A stretch of 63,308 nt of DNA, filler included, from Folioceros fuciformis (taxonomy: Eukaryota): assembly GCA_049999805.1 (NCBI GenBank). It is 7 parts of 7 records of this genome, joined end to end, with 100 filler letters (N's around TTAATTAATTAA, not from the genome) between each part and the next. Parts side by side here need not be neighbours in the genome. Positions count along the whole stretch, not along the records: positions 46,910 to 53,115 come from JBNGIO010004145.1; positions 53,216 to 58,329 come from JBNGIO010004148.1; positions 58,430 to 63,308 come from JBNGIO010004154.1; 4 more parts are not named here. One strand, given 5' to 3'. Under the pieces are notes generated by a model. The model was not told the origin of the DNA. It did not search any database and saw nothing but the letters and a program-made list of their open reading frames with translations. Of this stretch, positions 49,901-63,308 are shown one piece after another (the stretch's first letter is position 1; each line of letters opens with the position of its first letter). Made by a program: the position numbers and the translations under genes.

Positions 49901-51453
49901 CAGAGGAGGAATTCCTAATCAACGATTTTGCTTGCGCTGTAAAGAAGAAGATACCTTTGCAGGTATTGTTTGTCATGCAACGTGCTTTAGATAGGCCTGT
50001 CTCACAGTCATGTTGAGAATGTTGTTGAAGTGAACGTATTTGTGCGTTTTCTCTACAGGGTCGGGTATTTTTGTCACCTCGAATGCTCGGGTTCTACTCC
50101 AATCTTTTTGGTCATAAAACCAAATTTTCGCTCCTGTGGGAGGACATCGATGAGATACAAGAATTAACTCCATCTCTAGCTTCAGTGGGCTCTTTGTTCA
50201 ATCCATCCATTGTAATTTTTGTTCGAAAAGGTCGTGGGAAGGATGCGAAACAAGGTGCAAGGCGAATGGATGCTTCTGGGCGGTTGAAGTTTCAGTTGCT
50301 ATCGTTTGTACGCCCTGGACCGGCTTTCAGGTAATTTGAGTATGGAGAAGGGACCAGTTGGTGATTGGCTATCCACCAGAGATATTGATGGGAGATTGAA
50401 CAGCTTATGTTCCTTGCCTCAGACCTATCATAGCCCTGTGGAAGAACCGAACGCTCAGTCCTGAGCAGCAGATGGAAATTGTTGCAAGTGTGGAGGCCGG
50501 GGACATGAAATATGCTGTGGCTGAAAGACAAGCTGATGACGATGCTCCTTTCTTGGGAGTAGAAGACGCCAAAATGACTCAGGTCTCATCGTTGGAAGTT
50601 CCTGTGACGGTGAGTTATTTTCTCTCCATGCGGCTGAACGTCCACATTTTTCAAGACCCTCACGACATGCTTTGAGANNNNNNNNNNNNNNNNNNNNNNN
50701 NNNNNNNNNNNNNNNNNNNNNNNNNNNNNNNNNNNNNNNNNNNNNNNNNNNNNNNNNNNNNNNNNNNNNNNNNNNNNAGATGATGTAACATCAGTCTGAT
50801 GTGCATGTTTGCAGGTTGAACAAGTTCTTTGTTTGTTTGAAGATGAAAATCTAGATGAACGCATAGCATCAAAGGCTGGATGTCTGAACTACAAAACTAC
50901 TCCTTGGGAGCCTGTGCGGGACAAGCCGCATGTGCACCGTAGGCAAGTGAACTACAAGTACTCCAATCGCCTTTGTCGATTTGGGAGTGTTGTGACCTGT
51001 GCACAACAGAGAACAATTTCAGAGGACAAGAAGCTGGTTGTGATGGAGGAGATTCTGACACTACATGATGTGCCTTTCGGAGATCACTTTCAGGTAAACC
51101 TTAACACTCTTCAGTGTTGTTCTCCGAGTCCTCCGAGAGAAGGAAGTTCCGGAAATATAGTAGTTTTTCGTGGTTCTGGTCCTGTCCCACTCAAATCAGT
51201 TGCCTCTTGTGTGCAGGTACACATTCGGAAGGAGCTTGAAACTGTGCCGATAAGCAATCCCCTGAGTGTGTGCAAGGTCTTCCTTGGGGTTGCCTGGCAC
51301 AAGAGTACCGTCTTTGAAAAACGGATCACCAAGAACATTCATGAGAACATTGCGAAGCAGGTGAAGGAGAAGATGGAGTTGACTGCAAAGGAGATCAAGC
51401 TGAAAAAAGAGGTGGGGAACTGCCTCTGTAAGTCCACCCGTGGAGGAGGATGA
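46942..51453 (+). CDS. C2-VASt-TM-C2-GRAM-VASt domain protein (At1g03370-like), multi-exon
   Basis: MKLHVQVMEARNL..RD.NGFSDPFVRL C2; VASt VSTPDAPYGDTFKTE; TM with GLEF..FDFPDT; GSDHGIKAQG.GWLLTV second C2; GRAM FQRLFSLPEEEFLINDF, GFYSNLFGHKTKF; VASt TLHDVPFGDHFQV. Exact stop uncertain. Confidence 0.92.
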
Positions 51454-52442
51454 TGGCAGGTGACCTTTGTCAGTTTCTTCCTTTCTGCCATTAATATCTC
51501 CCCTTGGACTGTTGTGCTGGGTACAACAACGTTTCCTATGTGCCAAGGCTCAGCAACACAGCGAGATGGTAGACGGATAACCGAAGCAGGCTTGTCCCAG
51601 TATGGTGTGGTGGAGATACAAGTTATGACTTAAAACAGCCTGAGCTTGTCCCACAGTCCCCGGAGTGTGAAACCTAGGCCCAGCTTGCAGCTGTGAGCTC
51701 GCACGCTCTCCCGTGTTGAGGAGTAGAGTTGGCCCATGAAGAATTCACGCTGCTGTTCAAAGGTGTCCTGCCAATTGTTAGCTGTTCCCGAACAGCCAAT
51801 GCCGATGTCTCATGAGGAGGAGATGGAGCAGATGAGCATGTTGTGAATATCCGTCATTTCTGTCCGTTAAGGAGTCAACGTCTTTCTGCTCAACTTGCAA
51901 GGAAGAGGTAGATCAAAGGAGAAAAGGAGGCGAAGAAGCGAAGAGTTGTGATACCCACAACTATGTGTGGCGGAAGTGCCAGAAAATAAATGTTCACCGG
52001 TACTCGGTGGTGTGGATTTCAGGATAAGAGGAGGACCGTGTACAGCAGCATGAATTCTTTGGTCAACCCGTGCTGAGCAGGTGCAATGTAACGTAGCGTG
52101 TAATTATATGAGGGCGCTGCAGTCGCAGCTTGATTGTGTAGAACTTGTGAACTAATAAAAGGCCCGGGTCTTTGAGGTCCGCTGTCTAGCACTGGGTCCG
52201 TTGAATTCTTCTCACATTTGCGAGTCCGAGGAGAAAGCATGTGGAAGGAGGTTAGTGTCCGAGCACATACATGTTGCTCGTATGACAGTGTGGTATGTGC
52301 GTCGAGGGTCCTTTAATGACACCAGCTTCCTTGATAAAGCACATGCATCTGGGTGTAGTTTGGCTGAAGATGGCCTGCTTATTTATACTTTAGTCTACAC
52401 GACTGCTCTCTGCAACCTCCCTTACCACCGTTGCCGTTTCAG

Positions 52443-53077
52443 GGTGCCATGCTGCCAACAGCAGTATGAAGCAACCACCTGTAGGCCCTGCCTCATCTCT
52501 CGTGAGTCGCGTGCTGATCCAGTTCATTGTCACAGTCTCGGCTTTCTCCATCGGATATATTGCTGGTGGTTATTCAGTGAGTAGACGAACGGTATCCCTT
52601 CCATTTCAAACAAGTACACCCATGCTAGCTTCCTCTTAGCCTTGAAGTCCTTGGTTCTTTTTCAGCGGCTTGGGCCTTCCAGCAGGAGAGTCGATGTCGA
52701 TCCTGCTTACGCGGGCCAGTATGACCAGGGTAGGCTGCAATTCCTGACCCGATCTGTTGAGGAGAAAGAGCTGAAGGCTGCAGTGTGTGACAGGGATCTA
52801 GACATCTGCAAGACGGAGAATGACAGATTTCTGGTGAGTGGAGAGTGCCATTCAGATAAACAGTCGTGTAGGATCTTGTTTAGATCTGAGTGCGTTGAAT
52901 TTCAAACAGGAGGTTCTGCTTTCCATCCGGAAAGCTGTTGAAGTGCCACCAGAGGAGGGCCAGGATGATCCCGCGGGAACGCAATACCTGGCCCGAGCTG
53001 TCGAGGAGATGAAACTGAAAGCACTAGCTTCCGACAGGGATTTGAAATCTTGCAAGACGGAGAATGCAAGGCTTGTG
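52443..53077 (+). CDS. Unidentified spliced gene with tandemly duplicated 168-nt exons (coiled-coil-like), truncated by linker
   Basis: Exons 52666-52833 (ttttcag|..|gtgagt) and 52910-53077 (aaacag|..|gtgcgt), both 168 nt and phase 0, encoding similar peptides. Small upstream exons ~52443-52501 and 52536-52576 are plausible. Confidence 0.6.
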
Positions 53078-53215
53078 GTGCGTTGACAGTTGCTTCCACT
53101 TCGAATACCCACACTNNNNNNNNNNNNNNNNNNNNNNNNNNNNNNNNNNNNNNNNNNNNTTAATTAATTAANNNNNNNNNNNNNNNNNNNNNNNNNNNNN
53201 NNNNNNNNNNNNNNN

Positions 53216-56200
53216 GAAGGATGCAAGGGGGGGAAGGTGGGGGGAGGATAAAAAAATGAAGGCAGTGGGATACACAAAGGTGCAGTCGGGTGAGGATATG
53301 GTGGAAAGGAAAGCACGGCCGCCTGAAGGGAAGGGAAGGGAAAGGAAAGGATTGCATGTCTCCTTATACGTGTCTCCGCCTTGCTTGTCTCCACTGGCCG
53401 CTTCTTGTGCGGCCTGCAGTGCCTCCAAATTTAGGCCAGATGCATTACATATTGTGATATAGCGGAGGTGGGGAGCGTGGCCGGGCTCGTGCCCTGCCTC
53501 TGGCCCTGACCCTGGCCTGCGCCTGGGCAAGGGCCCGGTCAAAGTCAGGCAGATTTTTTGGGTGCACCGCCATGACCAGAGGCAGAGGCAGAGGCAGAGG
53601 CAGAAGAGGCAGAGGCCGAGACACAGGCAGAGAAAGAGGCGAAGCGTGGCAGGCGCTGGCCTGGCGTGGCCAGTAGCTAGCAGCCGCTTGCTTCTTGTTT
53701 CAGGATCCTTTTCTGCTCCAGCCACACAAGGATTGCCTTGCCTAGGATCTAGATACTGCAGCGGGAGTCTCGAGTTGGTCTTGCCTTGGATCGCTTTGGG
53801 TACCTGCTGTCTTGTGTGCATGCCTTTGTTTGTGCCCGATATTATAAGCATGCCAGCGTGTTTGAATGGGTAACGGAGCCCTGCGTTTCCAGAAACGGAA
53901 TTCCGGCGTGACTCGGATGCCAGCCAAGCCCAGCCCAGCCCAGCCCTGCACTGCCGTGCCGTGCCGTGCCGTGCCCCTGCCGTGCCATGCCGTGCTGTGG
54001 GTGGGATTGCGGATGGGTGGCGGGGGCGGGCAGGACAGTGGTGGGATTTGAAGGTTTCGGAATAGGAGGGGTCGCGGGGCGGATGGGAGGGGAATAGTGG
54101 GACATGGTTTTCTTTTCTCGTGGTTTCTGGCTTGTTGAATGGGTCTGGCACTCTTGCATCAGTCCAGGCCAGGCCCACACGACATAGTGGGCAACGCATT
54201 CCTCGGTCTAGGCGCATGCGCCTCGGGAAGGAAGGAAGGAAGCAAGGAAGGAAGGAAAGGAGGAGAGGAGCAAGGAGGGGATATGGATGCCATATTATGC
54301 AGCCAGTGTGGGAGGCGGGACGTGAGACGCATGCATGGGAAGGGGATGCAGATGCATGGGAAAGTGTGAGAGAAGAGGCACCTGAGAAACAGTGATTTGG
54401 CCCTCCTCCAGAATTAAGAAAGGTTTACAGACCCACCAGCCTTCCAGGCTGCCCCCGCCTGCCCGCCTGCCTGCGACGTTATGAGCTCATCAGGGCGACG
54501 GTCCCACTTCCGAGCACAGGACAGGGACAGAGACAGGGACTGTGCCAGTCGCCCAGTCGTCTAGTCGCCCAGTCGTCCACTCGCCCAGTCCAGCCCGGCC
54601 GATATTTCCTTTCCGGGCCGTGGTCGCTGACACTCGCGCATTCATGCAGAAGCTCCCCCCACATTCCTCTGCTTCCCGGGGTCAGATTTAGAAATAGCAT
54701 CCTTCCATGAGCATGCAACGAAGAGGAAAAGGCCTGATCCGAGACCGGAACTGTCGTGTTGCTGCTGGCCGCCAATACNNNNNNNNNNNNNNNNNNNNNN
54801 NNNNNNNNNNNNNNNNNNNNNNNNNNNNNNNNNNNNNNNNNNNNNNNNNNNNNNNNNNNNNNNNNNNNNNNNNNNNNNTACAGCAGGGTTTTGTTCCTTG
54901 CGCCTGTTGGGAGCAACTGGCAGCCCGATTCGGGCCGCCAGTCAACTGCAAAGTCTGGAATCCGAGCCGCGCCAAGGGCAACCCAACGGCTGCCATCCTG
55001 TGCCGGGCGTATGTTGTAATGTCTAGGGCATTGCATTGTATGTACATACACTATAATTTGGCAGGGCAGTGGGCAACAATAAGATTGTACTTGTGTCTGG
55101 GTGTTTTTTTGTCAGGGATCCTTTGTCCTGTGGATGTGGATGAAGCCCAGGACAAATCCCGTTATTGGGCTCTGCGAAAACTGCATTATGCAGCAGATGT
55201 AACTGTAGCTGTAACTGTAGCTGTTGCCGTAGCCGTAGCTACTGTTGTTGCTGCTCTTGTTGCTGCTCCTGCATGCTTTGCTGCCTGCCATCTCTCCCGC
55301 TCCTGGGGCCCCCCGGCTGCTCATCTGATTACTGACTGCCCCGGCCTCTCATCAACCCTCTGACCGCAACCTCCTGCTCCGCCAAACTCCCCAGCTGGTT
55401 AACGTGCAGTGCAGCATTCCTGTCATGCTGGTGGCCACATCTTCACAAGCCCCCATCTCCCGCTCACCCATTCAACTCCCCCCCACCTCTCCCCTCCACC
55501 CCTAACAAAATATCTCGCCTTCTCCTTGGGCTACCCGTTGCTAGGCTCCCAGCCAAGCCCAGCCCAGCACAGCCAAAGACAGCAGGAGCAGCAGCTGCTG
55601 GAGCTCTTCTGTGCCAAGCAAATATGCTAAGTTGTACGAACGAGACCTGCTCCTGCTCCTGCTCTCCCACCCACAGCTACATAAGCTATGTGCGATGCGT
55701 GTGGGCAGTATTATAAGCGTAAAGACGGCACGGCAGTAGAGACAAAGGCGAGCCAGCCCATGCCTGTGCCTGTGTAGCCTGCGTACCACACAAATGTTGT
55801 CACCGGGATGGCAGATATGAAGAAGAAGGCAGGTGTCATGGATGAGGAGCAGGGCTCCCAGCGGAGTCCCCACCAGTTCGAATCAGGCCCAGGCCCAGGC
55901 CCATGACCATTCCCAGAAGACTGACTGGCTGGATTGGTCAGTGGGACTGGGAAGAGAAACAAATTCTGCGCTTTTGTTTCTTTCTGTCGCCTGTTGGATC
56001 TGGAAGGCAGTTGCAACAGGTGGGTACACATCACACCACACCACATACTCCCATGTCTCATACATGCCATAGCCCTTCCACCACAGCGGTGGAAGAGAAA
56101 GAGGTCCCGTTCCGTCCCGGTTCCCGAGTCTCGGGCTCCTCACCTCAGCGCACCTCCCCCCAGCCCCTGCAAGCCACCCGCAGGACAGTGGTTGGGAAAA

Positions 56201-58329
56201 GACGCGTCGCTGCACCCTCTACGCTCCTGCTGCAGGTTCAGCCCTTGTCATGCTTTGCTTTCCGTTCAGGAGCGTGGCAGGAGCAGAACGAAGGGTTGCT
56301 TTTACACATCAGGTTTAGCGAGGCTCCCTTTTCCAGTAAGGCTGCACATAACTGGCTACTGCGCACCGGCCAGTTCTGGGCCGACATGAGATGACATGAC
56401 ACCCTATGACATGAGATGGCAGGACGTCACAGCCCGAGTGTGAGGAGAGGACGCACAGCACAAACAGTTGCACAGTGCTGTGGGACTTGCACCATCAGAG
56501 TGGGCAGTTTTCAGGTGTGACGATGCCTGTCTGCACATGCTTGGAACGGACTTGGTGCTTGGTGTTATGCATGCAATGCAATTGCCAATGCCCTATATCC
56601 ACTGTAGAGGCAAGTGTTATCACAGGTCACCTCCGCCCGCTCATGTGTCGCACAAATCACACAAATGGTAGCAGGCGAGGCCAGTGCAGAGCAGATCAGA
56701 GCAGGGGCAGAGCAGGGCAGGCTAGGCCAGGCCAGGCCAGGCCAGGCCAGGGCATTAATGGTGGGGGCATGGCAGGGAAGTGACCACTGACGTCCCACTC
56801 GTCGAGCAGGCAGTGGCCAGAGCGCCCACTTCCCCCTGCCTTTCCCGGCTGGCTTCCACGGGAATTGGACGCTCTCCGTTGACCCCGTAACGACGACGAC
56901 GATCCGTTCTCTCCGTTCCCGAGCTGTGCTCACAACTGTGGCCCTCCTCCCCAGTTCTGTGGTCCTGTGGTGCTGTGGTCCGGTGGTCCTGAAGCGGGGA
57001 GCCCACCATGGCAGCAGGCTCTCCAAGCTCGTGACATCGTGTACTGTGGGCCCACACTGGATGAGGTCAGAGCTGTGGTATGTGTGTGTCAAGCGGAAAC
57101 TGTTGGGTTGTGTTGTGTTGTGTTGTGTTGCGGTGTGTGTTGTTGTGTTGCGGTGTGTGTTGTTGTGTTGTGTTGTGTGGATGTGTGTGTGTGTCGCCTG
57201 GACAGGTGTGGGGCCATTGCCAATGCGGATGGGACCGGCCGGCCCTTCCTCGGCCCCTCTGCATGCTGAATGCACTGGTCTATTATACGCCTACGCAGTG
57301 GGCACCGCTGCAAAAATCCATGTACCAGCCTCCAGGCCTGCGCCACCAGTACACTCATCAGCCTGTGTGTGAGAGAGGGCTGGTCACTGGTGGGAGCCGC
57401 TCCCTTGTAGTTGCACTACTTTATGCCTTTTTATCTGCCGCCGCTCTGCTCTGCTCTGCTCAGCGGCCTGCAACTAGTGATGTTATTATCTCCCGCTCCA
57501 GCTCCAGCTCCAGCTCCAGCTCACAGCTCACAGCTCACAGCTGCAACTGCAACTGCAACTGCAACCGCTGCTGTTCGTAGCAGCAGCAGCACTTCCAGAA
57601 GTCGCTGTAGCTGCAACAATTTGGCAATGGCAGCTGCATGAGTGGGCGTCGGAGCAGGGAAGCAGAAGCAGCGGTTACCTGCTCACGCGCCAGCCTCTCC
57701 CACGCAGATAAGGTTGCTGCCCCTTCTGGCCTCCCTTCCTTCCGTCCTTCCTTCTATCCGTCCGTCCCTTCCAACTCAAGCCAAGCAAGGCAAGGCAACC
57801 CGAGGCCAACACAAGGTGTAATATCCATCCCGACGAGGGTGCTGTTGCTGCCTACGGGCTCGATTGGCCCTGTGTTGGCGTGTGGCCTGTGTCTTGGCCC
57901 TTGCCCCTTGGCCTCGTGCTTGTTGATACCCAAACCCAAGCGGCCTCCAGGGCAATGCCAATGCCAATGGCGTGGAAGGGGCACAACAGTGCGATGCGCG
58001 CCTTTTGTGCCCTCATGACTCACCCACAGCTAGGCTAGGTTAGGCTAGGCTACGTAGTGTATGCCACAGCTGGTTCCTTTTCGACAAGCAGGCCGGAGCC
58101 CACAGTGGTCCCATGATCTGTGCAATGTACCCCTCCTACGGAGTCACGGACACAACAGGGAGGAGTAGAGGACAGGACAGGACAGGACAGGAAAGGCCAT
58201 GGCCATGTGTCCATGCCCTCCAGGATGACATGATGCATGCGGATGTGGTTCCTTACACCATACCTTACCTTACCCAACCCAACCCAACCCTTCCCTACCC
58301 TACCCAGCCCTACCCTACCCTACCCCTAC
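53216..58329. repeat. GC-rich, microsatellite-dense non-coding contig
   Basis: Runs of (CAGAGG)n, (GCCCA)n, (GCCGT)n, (GGAA)n, (GGCCA)n, (GTGTT)n, (CTCTG)n, (CTCCAG)n, (CAACTG)n, (AGGCT)n, (GGACA)n, (CCCAA/ACCCT)n; no recognisable protein domain. Confidence 0.75.
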
Positions 58330-58555
58330 NNNNNNNNNNNNNNNNNNNNNNNNNNNNNNNNNNNNNNNNNNNNTTAATTAATTAANNNNNNNNNNNNNNN
58401 NNNNNNNNNNNNNNNNNNNNNNNNNNNNNCATAAATACAGGTGATCTTCACCCAGAATGCCAGAAAATGAACTTCGTCTTCAGGGGTTAAATGTTCCAGA
58501 ATGACATTTCAATAATACGCAGGCCACATTTGGCCATGTTTCGAATCGGGTGTTC

Positions 58556-61734
<3,179 letters not shown>

Positions 61735-61773
61735 GGACCTGACGACAATAACCGCGTCAATCACCAGGTGAGC

Positions 61774-61781
61774 TAGGGTTT
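61774..61781 (-). promoter_or_regulatory. Telo-box (AAACCCTA) in the PRP43 leader
   Basis: Exact motif about 40 nt upstream of the ATG; this element is common in plant ribosome-biogenesis and RNA-processing genes. Confidence 0.5.
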
Positions 61782-62699
61782 GCAATTGCAGAAGGGAAGC
61801 CGGGGGGCTTCGCCGCAAACTACACTCAACACCTGTAAGCTGAGGTAGGCTGAACTTAGTAGGTAGGTTGAACTTCGCACCAAGGTTCGTTACTCCTTGC
61901 TGTTTCTTGGGCAAACTTTCATACACACCCTAGTTGTATGTGCAGATCCCTATCCTTCCTCGGTCAAGTCCTCTATAATTCTAATTATTTTTATTTTTAT
62001 ATATGTATAATAAGAACGTTAGGGAGAAGCCAATTCTATAAGTCACAAATATTGGAGAAGCCAAAGCCAATTTAAATGACACAAGTGACGAAAGCAGACA
62101 ACAATTATAGGATAGCCATAAGTACAGGTTTGACAGCTTCATTGATAACATCGATAATATGAATTCTATTAGAGTCCATTAAGCACATATTTCTCAAGTA
62201 TGTTGTGGAGAGAGAAGATTAAGCCCTCTCATATTCGTGGGGCTAATCCTCCTTTCAATCTTCGGCCTTCATCAAGTTATTTCCCTTCACATTTTTTTGT
62301 GGATGAGATCTATCTTCTCTTAATTAAGTTTATGTAATTCTAGCCTAGATGAAAAGAGATTTGGTTTGAAAGGATTACAACTACATTGTCAAAAAGTTAG
62401 AGCATTCCTCTAGATGTCTCGTGCTTTGGTGTGCTAGAACACAAAAACTGTTGAAAACTGTTGACGAACCTTTGCACATTGATAAGAAAGGCTTCAAAAA
62501 TTTTATCAAAAGTACTTATGAAAGTAAGAAGTTATATTTTTTATCGAAGTCCACTAAGGACATGTTTTCCTTAATGGAACTTGATGCTTAACAGCTTGTT
62601 TCATCATGTGCCTTTATGAAACTCATAAATGGGCATTATCATCATATTGGTTAGACATTACATATCCCGATTTATAAAGCTCCTTCATTCATCGTACCT

Positions 62700-63030
62700 T
62701 AAGCTTCCTCGTGTCATTGTACTCTTAATCGCCCACTTGACATGAGAATGGAATTCTTATCCTTCCTTCACTCGTAGCCTTCTTTCGACAATGAGTCTCC
62801 TTTGCTCTTGAAAGGATGTTGCTCAATGCAGTTTTTAGCAAAGTGACAAGGGTGAGTTTGGTAGCTTTGTTGGCGTGGGTGGGTGGTGGGTGGCTGGTAG
62901 GCTCTTCGTTATTTCACATCGTGATATCCTTGGAGACTTAGACATTTTTCGGTGTGATATGCAAAGGGGGCAATCCTCTTTTTGGCCCTTGCAATCTTTG
63001 GATTGGTCCTCTTTGCACTTCTTTGGATTG
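62700..63030 (+). mobile_element. Possible decayed reverse-transcriptase segment of a non-LTR element
   Basis: AT-rich island; frameshifted remnants resembling DVxNAF, RLF.ISH and G..QG.PL..GPLFAL in the expected order. Confidence 0.3.
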
Positions 63031-63308
63031 GTCCTTTGTGCACATTTTTGGAAAATATATGATACAATTTGATAAGGTTGTTGTAGTTGTTGTACAAGTT
63101 CAAGTATGCTAAGGTGCAAGTTTAAGTATGCTGAGGTTGTAAGATGTTATTCTCCTAATGTACTTATTTAGTTTTTAAAATACAAGATGCAAAACCCATC
63201 TACCTCCTAAAGAGGTGAGACAAATCACCAAATGAACTAGACAAGAAATCCAGTTATCCCTCAAAAGATGAGACAAATCACCAAAAGATGACTAGGGCAC
63301 TTGAGCTT

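Noticed and set aside
53168-54217. 349-aa ORF and other long ORFs in 53216-58329 and 20700-24050
   Set aside because: Low-complexity translations of microsatellites in GC-rich DNA; no recognisable domain or consistent splice structure.
54963-54976. 12-nt match (gagccgcgccaa) to miR171
   Set aside because: Flanks diverge from the mature miRNA and no complementary arm is visible, although a gap lies nearby.

Overview
Eukaryotic nuclear DNA from a compact, gene-dense land-plant genome. Short GT-AG introns, GC-rich genes and AT-rich islands of transposon relics suggest a non-seed plant such as a bryophyte (inference). It is a scaffolded assembly with seven 100-N gaps and six N44-TTAATTAATTAA-N44 artificial linkers, so adjacency across linkers is uncertain. 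Genes in order: neprosin-like peptidase, secreted LRR protein, EG16-type GH16 with an altered catalytic motif, C-terminal fragment of a trihelix factor, CPN60-alpha, mitochondrial phosphate carrier, PhyH-family dioxygenase, DnaJ (3' part), SCC4/MAU2, organellar oligopeptidase A, F-box/JmjC protein, NAM/CUC-type NAC factor, C2-VASt-GRAM protein, an unknown gene built of duplicated 168-nt exons, and PRP43/DHX15. There are also relics of CRE-like non-LTR and copia elements, a short mitochondrial rrn26-like insertion and several minisatellites. The most notable observations are a candidate poison 3' splice site in PRP43, an EG16 with EIAFE in place of EIDFE, three housekeeping genes without coding introns, a U12-type intron, and the duplicated-exon orphan gene. 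All family assignments come from motif recognition, not database searches.
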